32,000 nt of DNA. Source: Chitinimonas arctica. GTDB lineage: Bacteria; Pseudomonadota; Gammaproteobacteria; Burkholderiales; Chitinimonadaceae. The DNA lies in NCBI RefSeq assembly GCF_007431345.1, contig NZ_CP041730.1:1061715-1093714 (forward strand), given 5' to 3'. This document shows, in pieces, positions 15,519 to 24,707 of the stretch (position 1 is the first letter of the stretch; each line of letters starts with the position of its first letter). The translations under genes and the position numbers were made by a program. The notes beneath the pieces are model-generated. The model was not told the origin of the DNA. It ran no database searches and worked only from the letters and a program-made list of their open reading frames with translations.

Positions 15519-16678
15519 TTATTTGCACCCGCCAATATCAATTTCGCAGCACCTTCCGCATAAGCTTCCCGCGTGTGCATGACCCGAACGCCACGGCATG
15601 CCTCCTGCATAGCCGAATATAAATCAGCATCATCTTTCAGCCGTAAAATTGCGCTGTATATCTGCTCTACATCCCCAGCATTGTACTGCGCGCCGCAGCG
15701 ACTTAATTCCAAAAACTCTCCCGCATCGCACGGCGGTGTCACGATAGTCGGTATGGCCAATCCCAGGTATTCCCAGACCTTTACCGGAAAGGCATCCTTG
15801 GAAATGTCCTCGTCCAGTCGCAAGCACAAGCCAACATGACACTTCGATACTTCCTGAATCGTCTCTTCAAAAGATTTCCTGCCTAGATACCTTAGATTTT
15901 CGTTTTGGTTATCTTCCAGTAAGTTTGACTTCCGACCATACCCGACCACCACCACATCGATATCATGCATAGCCAATCGATCAGCTAAAATCACGATGGA
16001 CTCAACATCCTGAAAAAACCCCAGCACACCGTGAAAGCACACGGTAAATCTAGCATGTTTTTCCGACTGCACATTCAACAGCAAGGACGGAAACCCATTC
16101 GCAATATGGACAACCGATGGTTTGCCCGGATATTTTTCCACTTCATTCTTCAAGCCAGCCGTTGCTGTAAAGATCAAAGCGGCTCGCTTATACATATAGG
16201 CACTGAATTTATCCAAGATACGATGCAACACACCATCCTTGGCGATTAAATTGCTTGCTACATATGCTTGAGGGTAGATATCCCTGATATCCAATATAAA
16301 TGGCATCCTACGTAACATCGCCGCTAGGCATATAATGCAAGCAGCAATGTACGATGGCGATGAAACCAATAAAGTCGTAGATTTAGGATTCGCTCTAAAT
16401 ACCTGCCGCCCCACACGAATGCCTAAAACCCCTTCCCGCCATACTCTGCGCAACAATCCCCCTTCTTCCGACCCCGTCCCGCTTGGTAGCGATTTGATTT
16501 CGACTCCGTCAATTGGATGAGGATCGGGCGTTGCGGTGTAAAAACGCAAATCCACGGGTGTTGCACCTCTGAATTTCACCAATGCTTCGGCGATCGAGTG
16601 GCCACGCAGGGCTGCACCACCACCTCCCGAAGGTGGTAAGCTCTCAAAGAAACAAGCGATACGTTTATTCTGATTCAT
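15515..16678 (-). CDS. GT-B glycosyltransferase, family 4-like (WbuB-like)
   Basis: C-terminal EX7E-type region FPVKVWEYLGLAIPTIV with a preceding GRKS loop; size 387 aa. Confidence 0.75.
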   Translation of the reverse strand: MNQNKRIACFFESLPPSGGGGAALRGHSIAEALVKFRGATPVDLRFYTATPDPHPIDGVEIKSLPSGTGSEEGGLLRRVWREGVLGIRVGRQVFRANPKSTTLLVSSPSYIAACIICLAAMLRRMPFILDIRDIYPQAYVASNLIAKDGVLHRILDKFSAYMYKRAALIFTATAGLKNEVEKYPGKPSVVHIANGFPSLLLNVQSEKHARFTVCFHGVLGFFQDVESIVILADRLAMHDIDVVVVGYGRKSNLLEDNQNENLRYLGRKSFEETIQEVSKCHVGLCLRLDEDISKDAFPVKVWEYLGLAIPTIVTPPCDAGEFLELSRCGAQYNAGDVEQIYSAILRLKDDADLYSAMQEACRGVRVMHTREAYAEGAAKLILAGANN

Positions 16679-17967
16679 TATGCCGCCTTTTTGACATAGA
16701 CAAATCCGCGCTTCGACATACCGGGCTGCAGAATAAAGTAAGTCACCCCCATCGATATCAGCATCAGCGGGTGGACCAACTGCACAATGCCTGCGCTATT
16801 CAACCAGCTCAACAATACAAAAACAAAATAAGTTATCGTCATAGCTCCCAAATCATAGCGCCGCTTGGCGACGGATTTTTTTATATAGTCAAGCACCACG
16901 GCAACGAAATATCCGGCAATCAACCCAAAAACAATGAAGCCATATAAACCAAAAAACAACAATCCTTCCACAAAAATATTTGGCGTCATGTTCCATTCGC
17001 CAGAGCTTACCGCCGAGACCATATCTGGATACTGAGCAGCCGAAACCGCCATCGAAAACCCATACTGATACACTTCGTCCATTCCAACAAACAGTTTTAT
17101 ATTACTTTTGCCAAAAATCTCCATCAGAGTAGGCAAATAGCTAAACTGCATCTCATCATCTATCAACTGCAACGGGACCGCATACGGCAATTCCGCAGTC
17201 AAGATAAAAGCACGATACAATATATACAAAACAGCGTCAAACAAATCACCTTCCAGGAAGGAATCGAACATTAGCCCTGCCACCACCACAAGACAAAATG
17301 ATATCAACACCAGTCTCAAAAAAGCCCAAAAATTCATGCGGTCCCAATATAGGGCGATTACCCCAGGCAATACGATCTGAATCGCGGAAGCTTTTCCACC
17401 CGTCGCGGCTCCAATCAACAGGACTGAAACGATACTGAATATGACAGCATTTCTTGATTCCTTATTCGGGTGAAATCGGTGCCATAAGCATACGTATGCC
17501 AATAAGGAAGGCGATAAATACTTCGTAAAAAATGCGTGGAATGGACCCATTTGCCGCACATGCTCTTTTGTCACTTCCCCGCCCAACACCCATAACCCTT
17601 GAAATGGCACCATAACAATCAACAAAATCACAAATATGGCAAACGTCACATATCGCAGATTCGGGCTATAGGCGGCAACGTCAAGCTTCGTCCCTTCTGT
17701 TATCGGCTTTCTTTGCCGAATAAAAAAAGCAGAAAAGAATGCCACCAGGAAAACCGTATATAGCATGAAAGGAATAAGCGAATAATTCCCATTCACCAAC
17801 CACTCATACTCTTCCTGTAAAAAATACAGCAGTACAATGCCTGTATAAGGCAGCATTAACACCAGCAGAACGAGTACAATTAGCATTTGCAGAGCCCGGT
17901 GCGATAAACCATCAGTTATATTGCACTTTTCGATATATTTTAACCAGTGCCATTGCAATCTTCGCAT
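16678..17967 (-). CDS. wzy: Polytopic membrane protein, O-unit polymerase (Wzy) candidate
   Basis: About 10-12 hydrophobic segments, no soluble domain, and the lowest G+C stretch of the locus (25/60 at 17221-17280). It lies in a locus that also has Wzx and a PCP. The ATG at 17967 overlaps the upstream gene by 56 nt. An alternative ATG at 17886 (MLIVLVLL) removes the overlap. Confidence 0.6.
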   Translation of the reverse strand: MRRLQWHWLKYIEKCNITDGLSHRALQMLIVLVLLVLMLPYTGIVLLYFLQEEYEWLVNGNYSLIPFMLYTVFLVAFFSAFFIRQRKPITEGTKLDVAAYSPNLRYVTFAIFVILLIVMVPFQGLWVLGGEVTKEHVRQMGPFHAFFTKYLSPSLLAYVCLWHRFHPNKESRNAVIFSIVSVLLIGAATGGKASAIQIVLPGVIALYWDRMNFWAFLRLVLISFCLVVVAGLMFDSFLEGDLFDAVLYILYRAFILTAELPYAVPLQLIDDEMQFSYLPTLMEIFGKSNIKLFVGMDEVYQYGFSMAVSAAQYPDMVSAVSSGEWNMTPNIFVEGLLFFGLYGFIVFGLIAGYFVAVVLDYIKKSVAKRRYDLGAMTITYFVFVLLSWLNSAGIVQLVHPLMLISMGVTYFILQPGMSKRGFVYVKKAA

Positions 17968-19015
17968 AGGAAGGATAGTCGAAGTGACTAACCGCCGATG
18001 CGTTCAAATAAGCATCGTGCTCCACCTGCGAAAACCCCAGCTTCTTGCAGATATACTCCCGATCCGATGCCAGCGCAGATTCGGTATAAGGTGGCTTTTC
18101 CAGCTCCTTCAATGCAAGTTCGCGCGTCACTTCCCCATTCATAATGAGGTCAGACAAGTGCACCTTGCGCTTATCCACGCCAAATTTCTTGGGGAGGATA
18201 TGAGCCTGGTAGTATTTTGTAAATAAAGATTCGTAATGCTTACCGCCATAATATTCCCAGCCCAGCTCCGCTTTCAATGTAGCGATGGCTTCTTCTTTCT
18301 TATAAGGGAGATAATTCAATATCGGCACGGATTGAAAACCAGACATATACTTGTTCCAAGCCATATGCCAAATACTGATGGTAGGATAGCTACGCACTTT
18401 CAATTGGCCAAATTTCTTTTGAATAGCCATCAAGTTAAGTAAATCAAACTTGAAATGCTGCCATGCTTTCGGCATAATCGACTCGGTGGCCACGTTTGTG
18501 CCCGACAGGATATATCGAATTTTATGCTGCTTGGCCAGTTTGAAGAGCGCAGCAAAGATAGCGTGATCGGTAACCATCTCGATATCGATAACATTTGCTT
18601 TAAAGAAAGATCGCTGGATATCGCGAAACTCCTCCCAATCGATGACATAGGTAATCAAGTCCAAATTTAACTTCTTCACCATCCTTTCGATATTCTTCAC
18701 CGCCAACTCGGAGTTCCAGCCATTATCGAAATGTACCGCAAGGGGTTTCAACCCCAACTGGATGGCTTGATAGGCTACATAGGAGCTATCTACTCCACCG
18801 CTCAGGCCAATAATGCAATCATATTCGCCCTTCGCACGCGCCTTTATCCGAGCGACCAAGGCAGCCAACTTCTCACCCGCATCAGACTGACTGAAAGGAG
18901 CTTGTGCAACACGCGCTTCGTGTGACTTGCAATGACTGCACACACCGGACTCATCGAATGAGATCTCCGCATCGGTCGTATCCATCACACAACGAACACA
19001 TATTTGATAGTGCAC
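17912..19015 (-). CDS. N-acetyl sugar amidotransferase (PP-loop), module 2, divergent paralogue of 13756-14937
   Basis: CVRCVMDTTDAEISFDESGVCSHC N-terminus, GLSGGVDSSYVA PP-loop and AVHFDNGWNSELA. GTG start at 19015 with AAGGAG about 8 nt upstream. Confidence 0.85.
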   Translation of the reverse strand: MHYQICVRCVMDTTDAEISFDESGVCSHCKSHEARVAQAPFSQSDAGEKLAALVARIKARAKGEYDCIIGLSGGVDSSYVAYQAIQLGLKPLAVHFDNGWNSELAVKNIERMVKKLNLDLITYVIDWEEFRDIQRSFFKANVIDIEMVTDHAIFAALFKLAKQHKIRYILSGTNVATESIMPKAWQHFKFDLLNLMAIQKKFGQLKVRSYPTISIWHMAWNKYMSGFQSVPILNYLPYKKEEAIATLKAELGWEYYGGKHYESLFTKYYQAHILPKKFGVDKRKVHLSDLIMNGEVTRELALKELEKPPYTESALASDREYICKKLGFSQVEHDAYLNASAVSHFDYPSYAKIAMALVKIYRKVQYN

Positions 19016-19043
19016 CGTACGCTCTCCTTCGCGTCTACCGCGC

Positions 19044-19805
19044 TTATAAAAATGCCTGTTTCAGGGCATCTGCTTCCGGGTAGGTAATCAGGACGCCTCT
19101 ATGCTTGCCATGGAAAACAAACATTGCGCCGGCAGCCACCGCCGAAGCACCGCCACAGTGGGTTGCTTCTCGAAAGTCTCCGATTTTGCCGGCCCCACCG
19201 GACGCAATAACCGGGATGGGTACTGCACGCGCGATCTGCTTGATCAATTCAAGATCGTAGCCTTCCATCGTTCCGTCACGATCAATCGCAGTCAAAAAAA
19301 TCTCACCGGCTCCCAGCTTGGAAACCGTCAAGGCGAACGCCACAGGATCCAGCCCTGTCGACTTCGTTCCCCTGGCACGATAGACCTCATATTTTCCAAA
19401 TAGCTTTCGTTTGACATCCATCGAAACCACGATTGATTGGGAGCCAAACTCGGCCGCTGCGGCACTGATTAATTCCGGATGCTGAAAGGCTGCCTCGTTC
19501 AAAACGACTTTCTCAATTCCCAATTTCAGTATCTTCCGTATCTGCTCTAAATTTGTTATGCCGCCTCCATATGCAACAGGCATAAAACATTCATTGGCAA
19601 TTTCTTCGATAACCTCGAAGTTCGGCCCTTTCCCTTCCACCGAAGCAAGTACATCCAAAAGAACCAACTCGTCCACTTCCTTGTCATTAAATATCTTTAT
19701 CGCATTGATAGGATCGCCGATATATTGTGGATCCTTAAACCTTGTTGTCTTCACAAGGCCTCTTCCCTTTAATAGCAAGCAAGGAATCACGCGGATACGT
19801 AACAT
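19044..19805 (-). CDS. hisF: HisF-like cyclase subunit, module 2
   Basis: RVIPCLLLKGRGLVKTTRF, VDELVLLDV, AYGGGI and ASGGAGKIGDF motifs. Confidence 0.85.
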   Translation of the reverse strand: MLRIRVIPCLLLKGRGLVKTTRFKDPQYIGDPINAIKIFNDKEVDELVLLDVLASVEGKGPNFEVIEEIANECFMPVAYGGGITNLEQIRKILKLGIEKVVLNEAAFQHPELISAAAAEFGSQSIVVSMDVKRKLFGKYEVYRARGTKSTGLDPVAFALTVSKLGAGEIFLTAIDRDGTMEGYDLELIKQIARAVPIPVIASGGAGKIGDFREATHCGGASAVAAGAMFVFHGKHRGVLITYPEADALKQAFL

Positions 19806-19807
19806 AC

Positions 19808-20434
19808 TTAATACTCGCTTACAAAGTTGCTTAGTAATTGCATACCAAACCTGTGGCTCTTTTCCGGATGAAATTGCACTCCCATTATATTCCCCACTTC
19901 GAAGGCGGCATCGAATTCGTGGCCATGTTCCGATTTGAGCAAACTATCACCCGTCGCATGACATTTAACATAGTAGGAATGCACGAAATAGAATCTCGCC
20001 TCCTCATCCGCCGCCTTCATCAATCTTGATTCCTTGCAGGGCTTTACTCTGTTCCAGCCCATATGGGGTACTTTGAGCGTGCTATCCTCGGGGAGGGTGA
20101 AACGTATCGTGTCTGCTTGAACCCAGCCTAATCCCCGCAGCTTCCCTTCTTCGCTACCTTGCGTCATTAAATGCATGCCGAGGCAAATTCCCAGAACGGG
20201 GACTTTCTTTTCCAATACCAATTCATTCAATAGCGAGGACAACCCGGATTGTTCCAAACTCGACATCCCCGCATCAAATGCACCAACGCCTGGTAGTATC
20301 AATTTTCCGGCTTGCCGCAGGCAGGCGGGATCGGCCGATATTTCACTTTCCGCCCCCACCTTCTTCAGCATATTCCGAATGGAGCCAAGATTGCCCATTC
20401 CGTAATCAACAATAGTAATCATTGGCTTACTCAT
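19808..20434 (-). CDS. hisH: HisH-like glutamine amidotransferase subunit, module 2
   Basis: ITIVDYGMGNLGSIRNMLKK, GICLGMHLM and FHPEKSH motifs. The ORF-track start at 20509 is TTG. The ATG at 20434 (MSKPMITIV) or at 20422 is preferred. Confidence 0.85.
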   Translation of the reverse strand: MSKPMITIVDYGMGNLGSIRNMLKKVGAESEISADPACLRQAGKLILPGVGAFDAGMSSLEQSGLSSLLNELVLEKKVPVLGICLGMHLMTQGSEEGKLRGLGWVQADTIRFTLPEDSTLKVPHMGWNRVKPCKESRLMKAADEEARFYFVHSYYVKCHATGDSLLKSEHGHEFDAAFEVGNIMGVQFHPEKSHRFGMQLLSNFVSEY

Positions 20435-21884
20435 GGTGTTTTCTTGCCCGATCGACGAAATCGAGATAATTGGCGCGCCAATTCGGCGCCCAAATAGCAT
20501 CAGTTTCAATCGAATCCGACGGTTTTTCGCATTCCTGCGACATCATATCCACAAGGGTTTCGATGCAATCGAATCCAAAAAAAGGATGCTTTGGCAATGA
20601 AAACCGCGAAACCGCCGTTTCCCACACGAATATCTTTTCGACAATGCCTACTGCTTCAAAAAGCACAGTCGACAGTTCGGAGACGATTGCATTCACACTG
20701 CTCAAAGAGCGATAGAGGTCGCTATGCGTATCGATTTGCACGCCAGCAACCAACCCGGACGCCATTCTCATGTTGATGGCCGCACGCTCCAGTGGGTGGG
20801 GACGAAAACTGATCGTCCATACATCGCTAAGTTTTTCGGTCAACTCTCTAGCCAAAGCCAGATATTTTTCAGTCTGCACGCCATCGCCGATAACCAAAAG
20901 CGCTTTGGCTCCTTTTTTTTCCACAGGTTGGTTGACTGCCAGTCGTTCGCTACGGTATGGATTTCCAATTACCAGCTTGGTCACCGGGAGATTAATTTGA
21001 TCATTCCACCAACTTCCGTAGGCAAGAAAATAGTTCGGTAGTGTCCGACGCAACAAAGTACTGTTCCGAAGCGTTTCCGCATAATTATATGCATCATGCC
21101 CGGCAGAAATAAATCCATGCTGATATTCCGCGGTCACCATACCCAAGCTGTGCGCAGCGGCATTCACCACCGCAGACTGGCCATAGCAGCCTTCTTCTTT
21201 TAAAAGTAGCTTAGCCCCACACTTTTTGAGCATCTTCATATAGGAGGCATGTAAGTTCGGCAAGGCCGCAATTTTTGTGGCCAGGATATTTTCCAGCAGA
21301 CTGGCTTGACTATCTTCAAGATCAAAATCAATGAATTGTTTGGATCTTTGCCGTGCCAGATCAATAAGCTCGGCAGCAATTTTCCGATGTCGGCTTCGAA
21401 CCAGAAGATGCCCTAAAACAATGCCCTTGGCTTGCAAAGGTGCTTGCCAAAGTACGTTTTTAAACTCGCGCGGATATTTCCACTCCCAACCAAACTGCCC
21501 TTCAATCACAACCGTTTGCTCCGGCAAGGCCATCGCAAAATGATCACTCAGACGATTGAACCACCGGCCTTGCTGCCTGGCGGAACCTACCGCCGTCGCC
21601 ATGATGCAGATATCGCCCTTTGTCGATTCAGACTTGCGCAGATTATGCATAGCCGAGCGAGCCAAGGTGCTGAAAGCGCCGGCTTTCAATCCCTGTATAT
21701 TGCTCGAACGATACAAGGGGTATCGATAAAGTTGGGACGACATGATCGTACGGATAAACATCAGCCTAATAATTGGCCATAGCAATATATCCGTCTCCCG
21801 GCATTGAAAACTCAAATACTCCGGAGTGTCTTCAATCTGCAGAATGCTTTGCAGTGTAAGGTCTTGCCCTGGTTTCATTTTCAT
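20427..21884 (-). CDS. Hypothetical 485-aa protein; candidate GT-B-like nonulosonic-acid (sialyl-type) transferase
   Basis: No family recognised outright. It contains LLLKEEGCYG (a D/E-D/E-G-type motif) and, about 130 aa later, ISFRPHP (an HP motif), then VSELSTVLFEA. This is the same order and spacing as the two motifs reported for bacterial sialyltransferases. Preferred start is the ATG at 21884, an ATGA overlap with the wzx stop. Confidence 0.5.
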   Translation of the reverse strand: MKMKPGQDLTLQSILQIEDTPEYLSFQCRETDILLWPIIRLMFIRTIMSSQLYRYPLYRSSNIQGLKAGAFSTLARSAMHNLRKSESTKGDICIMATAVGSARQQGRWFNRLSDHFAMALPEQTVVIEGQFGWEWKYPREFKNVLWQAPLQAKGIVLGHLLVRSRHRKIAAELIDLARQRSKQFIDFDLEDSQASLLENILATKIAALPNLHASYMKMLKKCGAKLLLKEEGCYGQSAVVNAAAHSLGMVTAEYQHGFISAGHDAYNYAETLRNSTLLRRTLPNYFLAYGSWWNDQINLPVTKLVIGNPYRSERLAVNQPVEKKGAKALLVIGDGVQTEKYLALARELTEKLSDVWTISFRPHPLERAAINMRMASGLVAGVQIDTHSDLYRSLSSVNAIVSELSTVLFEAVGIVEKIFVWETAVSRFSLPKHPFFGFDCIETLVDMMSQECEKPSDSIETDAIWAPNWRANYLDFVDRARKHHE

Positions 21885-23146
21885 GCCGCCCTCGCCGCTT
21901 CCATCCATGGCATTCCGCGCGACCGCTGCGCCAACCACCAGGTACAGATAAATATCGCAAGCTGCGAGAGCATAAAGGCTTGTGCTGCTCCGACTATCCC
22001 ATTCACCTTCAAGAGATAAAAGTTCGCCATAATGTTAAACATACCGGCCGCACACGTAATAATCGCCAATCCTGCGGTTTTTCCCGCGAAAAAAACATAA
22101 TTCGTCACCATCAGATACATACCGCTGAACGCGAAGCCCAGCGTGATGTAAACCACCGAACTCGCCGCGGATTGGTATTCCGCGCCGACCAGCCAACTTA
22201 ATAATATGGGTGCAATCGCACCAATCAATAATGCAGCAACTACTACAATAATAAAGTACAGATAGGTAAATCGAACTATTTGGCGGTCTCTTTCCGCATC
22301 CTGGCTTTTCAGCGATTCCAATAGCCATGGGGCGAATGCACGATTGAAAGAGTCAATCAACAATCCCAGCACCATGCCAACCTGCATGGCAACCATGTAG
22401 ATCCCCGCGCTTGCCACACCGAGCATATTGCTGATCATCACCCGATCAACCATCACAATCAGCATTCCGCCTATTACATGCGGAATCAAGGGCACACCAA
22501 ATCGCATTGCATCCAGGGCATAGGTTCTATTGTATGGAAACTTTATCCAAGCTCCGTGCCTAAGACAAAATAAAGCAACCAACATCAGTAGCACACTTGC
22601 CATCGAAATACCGATCAACCTTCCCTCCCAGGTCAATCCCAACGCAAATATAAGCACGAGAGAAAATGCAGCATCCATTGCCGTCTGGGCAAACTTCATC
22701 GCACCATAGCGTATTGGTTTACGTGCCGCTTGCCATAGCGCCAGCTGTGTCTGTACTACAAACTGCGCGCCAGACACCAATACGGCAATTAATATCCACA
22801 GTCTCGGGATTTTCGCGAAATCCTCCAAGATCGGCATTAAAACCATGACCGCTATCAGTACCACCGTGGTACTGATCAACAATATCACCAAACAGCTGGC
22901 GACATAGGTTGGCAGGTTGAAATTTTCCTGCTCAAAATAGCGCACCCCTATCGCCCCATGAACGCTTAAACCTGTAAAGGCCCCCAATGCCGTTACCGTC
23001 AGCGTAAACATGGTGACGATCCCATACTCTTCCGGTGTCAGCACGCGCGTGAGTATGGGTAGTAATAGAAAAGGAAGTCCGGCACTCAGCGCGTTCGCCA
23101 GTGCATAGATCAACGCAGAACCGAATAGTCCTTTTCTGCCCGTCAT
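21881..23146 (-). CDS. wzx: Wzx-type O-unit flippase (MOP/PST family polysaccharide biosynthesis protein)
   Basis: 421 aa with about 12 hydrophobic helices. The N-terminus GSALIYALANALSAGLPFLLLPILTRVLTPEEYG is typical of the PST family. ATGA coupling at both ends. Confidence 0.8.
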   Translation of the reverse strand: MTGRKGLFGSALIYALANALSAGLPFLLLPILTRVLTPEEYGIVTMFTLTVTALGAFTGLSVHGAIGVRYFEQENFNLPTYVASCLVILLISTTVVLIAVMVLMPILEDFAKIPRLWILIAVLVSGAQFVVQTQLALWQAARKPIRYGAMKFAQTAMDAAFSLVLIFALGLTWEGRLIGISMASVLLMLVALFCLRHGAWIKFPYNRTYALDAMRFGVPLIPHVIGGMLIVMVDRVMISNMLGVASAGIYMVAMQVGMVLGLLIDSFNRAFAPWLLESLKSQDAERDRQIVRFTYLYFIIVVVAALLIGAIAPILLSWLVGAEYQSAASSVVYITLGFAFSGMYLMVTNYVFFAGKTAGLAIITCAAGMFNIMANFYLLKVNGIVGAAQAFMLSQLAIFICTWWLAQRSRGMPWMEAARAA

Positions 23147-24243
23147 TGACTAAAAAACTCGCGCACTAGATTCACGACATGCGCCGCATCCTTCATTTCC
23201 ATATGCTCACCTATCGGTAAGCTAAGCAATGTCGAATCGGTCCGATTATAAAAGGCTTGCTGATCAACCTCACCCAGATAAGCGTAAGCTAGCAATTTTG
23301 GCAGTGCGATGGGATAGTGCACACCACTCTCCACCCCATGGGCACCGAGATAGTCCTTCAGCTCGTCGCGACGCGTACTGCGTATTACAAATAGATGGTA
23401 TACCTGGCGCGCCCACGCTTTCCGGACGGGTAGGATCAAATTATCGATACCAGCCAAATAGCGAAGATAGTAATCCGCGATCTCGATGCGACGTGCCGTC
23501 CATTCCTCCAGATGAGGGAGCTTGGCACTCAGGATGGCGGCCTGCATACCGTCCAATCGTGAATTACGCCCTTCGAACTGATGGTCATACTTCGAAATAC
23601 GTCCATGGTTGGCAATCATGCGGACTCGTGTCGCCAACGCATCATCTTCGGTAGTGATCGCGCCGGCGTCCCCATACGCACCCAAATTCTTGCCCGGGTA
23701 GAAACTGAAGGTAGCGAGATTGCCCAGCGAGCCGACACGCCGCCCTTTGTATTCCGCGCCATGTGCTTGGGCACAATCCTCGATGAGGATCATGTCATGC
23801 TCTTTACACACTTCCGCAAGTGCATCCAGGTCGCAAGGATGCCCATACAGATGAACCGCGATTATCGCCTTGGTACGTTCGGTCAGCTTGCTGCGCACCC
23901 CTTCGGCGTTTAGCGTGTAACTGTCTTCATCTACATCCGCGAAAACGACTTTATGCCCGCAACGGGTAATCGCTTCCGCACTCGCTATAAAACTGTTCCC
24001 AGGAACGATGATTTCCGATCCCGCAGGCAAGCCCGCTGCTTCTATGGCGATTTCGAGCGCATCCGTACCATTGGCAACGCCTATGCAATGCTTCGCCTGG
24101 GTAAATTCCGCGAATTGCTGCTCGAATTCCTTTACATACTTTCCGCCGATAAAAGCGGAGTCCCGGATCACGTTGGCAATTGCAGCATCGATTTCCGGTT
24201 TGATCGATTCGTACTGGGCAGCCAGATCAAGAAATTTAATCAT
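23143..24243 (-). CDS. DegT-family PLP aminotransferase, WbpE/WlbC-like (3-keto sugar-nucleotide transaminase)
   Basis: MIKFLDLAAQYESIKPEIDAAI...GVANGTDALEIAI and SFYPGKNLGAYGDAG (Lys-containing PLP site). Confidence 0.8.
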   Translation of the reverse strand: MIKFLDLAAQYESIKPEIDAAIANVIRDSAFIGGKYVKEFEQQFAEFTQAKHCIGVANGTDALEIAIEAAGLPAGSEIIVPGNSFIASAEAITRCGHKVVFADVDEDSYTLNAEGVRSKLTERTKAIIAVHLYGHPCDLDALAEVCKEHDMILIEDCAQAHGAEYKGRRVGSLGNLATFSFYPGKNLGAYGDAGAITTEDDALATRVRMIANHGRISKYDHQFEGRNSRLDGMQAAILSAKLPHLEEWTARRIEIADYYLRYLAGIDNLILPVRKAWARQVYHLFVIRSTRRDELKDYLGAHGVESGVHYPIALPKLLAYAYLGEVDQQAFYNRTDSTLLSLPIGEHMEMKDAAHVVNLVREFFSQ

Positions 24244-24707
24244 GCCAGGTTCCTGATTTTACGAGCCGGGTTTCCCGCATAGACGCCAGGCTCATTGATA
24301 TCACGCGTTACCACGGCTCCCGCCCCGATGACCACACCATCGCAAATCTTTACAGGAAGAATCGTGGCATTGCTACCGATGGATACATAGTTCCCGACAT
24401 GCGTGGGTCGCCAGCATGTCTTGTCACCACGGGCCGGCCCGCCCTTGATGAATGGGTCGTTAATGAACATGACGCCGTGGCCTATAAAGCAATCCGTGCC
24501 TACCGTTACCAGTTCGCAGATAAATGCATGAGACTGCACACGTGTACGCGCACCAATACCGACACCTTTTTGTATTTCTACAAAAGGGCCGACAAATACG
24601 TTGTCCGCCAATGTACAGCCATACAGATTCGCCGGTTCAACCACCGTCACGTCTTCACCAAACTGCACATTGGTGATGGCAACCTGCCTGATATTCGGGC
24701 TGCTCAT
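24240..24707 (-). CDS. Left-handed beta-helix N-acetyltransferase, WbpD/WlbB-like
   Basis: Hexapeptide repeats (VGPFVEIQKGVGIGARTRVQSHAFI..., VGNYVSIGSNATILPVKICDGVVIGAGAVV). The ORF-track start at 24728 is TTG. The ATG at 24707 (MSSPNIRQ) overlaps the upstream TGA by 1 nt. Confidence 0.75.
   Translation of the reverse strand: MSSPNIRQVAITNVQFGEDVTVVEPANLYGCTLADNVFVGPFVEIQKGVGIGARTRVQSHAFICELVTVGTDCFIGHGVMFINDPFIKGGPARGDKTCWRPTHVGNYVSIGSNATILPVKICDGVVIGAGAVVTRDINEPGVYAGNPARKIRNLA

Noticed and set aside
19031-19039. ops-like sequence GCGCGGTAG (minus strand) in the 28-nt gap before amidotransferase 2, and the ops-like GGCGGGGTAG at about 29866-29880
   Set aside because: The first is only a 7/8 match to GGCGGTAG, and the second needs a 2-nt insertion. 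Neither has the surrounding JUMPStart context, and the first is deep inside the operon. I treat both as chance similarity unless an RfaH-type factor is found.
20435-20509. N-terminal extensions in the ORF track (20435-20509, 21885-21938, 24708-24728, 11649-11663, 12347-12448, 8852-8890)
   Set aside because: Checking the bases shows the extended starts at 20509, 24728 and 11663 are TTG and the one at 21938 is GTG. The start at 8890 is an ATG, and I did not check the base at 12448. All of them overlap the upstream gene. In each case an internal ATG forms an ATGA/TGATG junction with the upstream stop (or sits 1 nt past it at 8851), or begins the conserved N-terminal motif such as MRVLAVIPARGGSKR.
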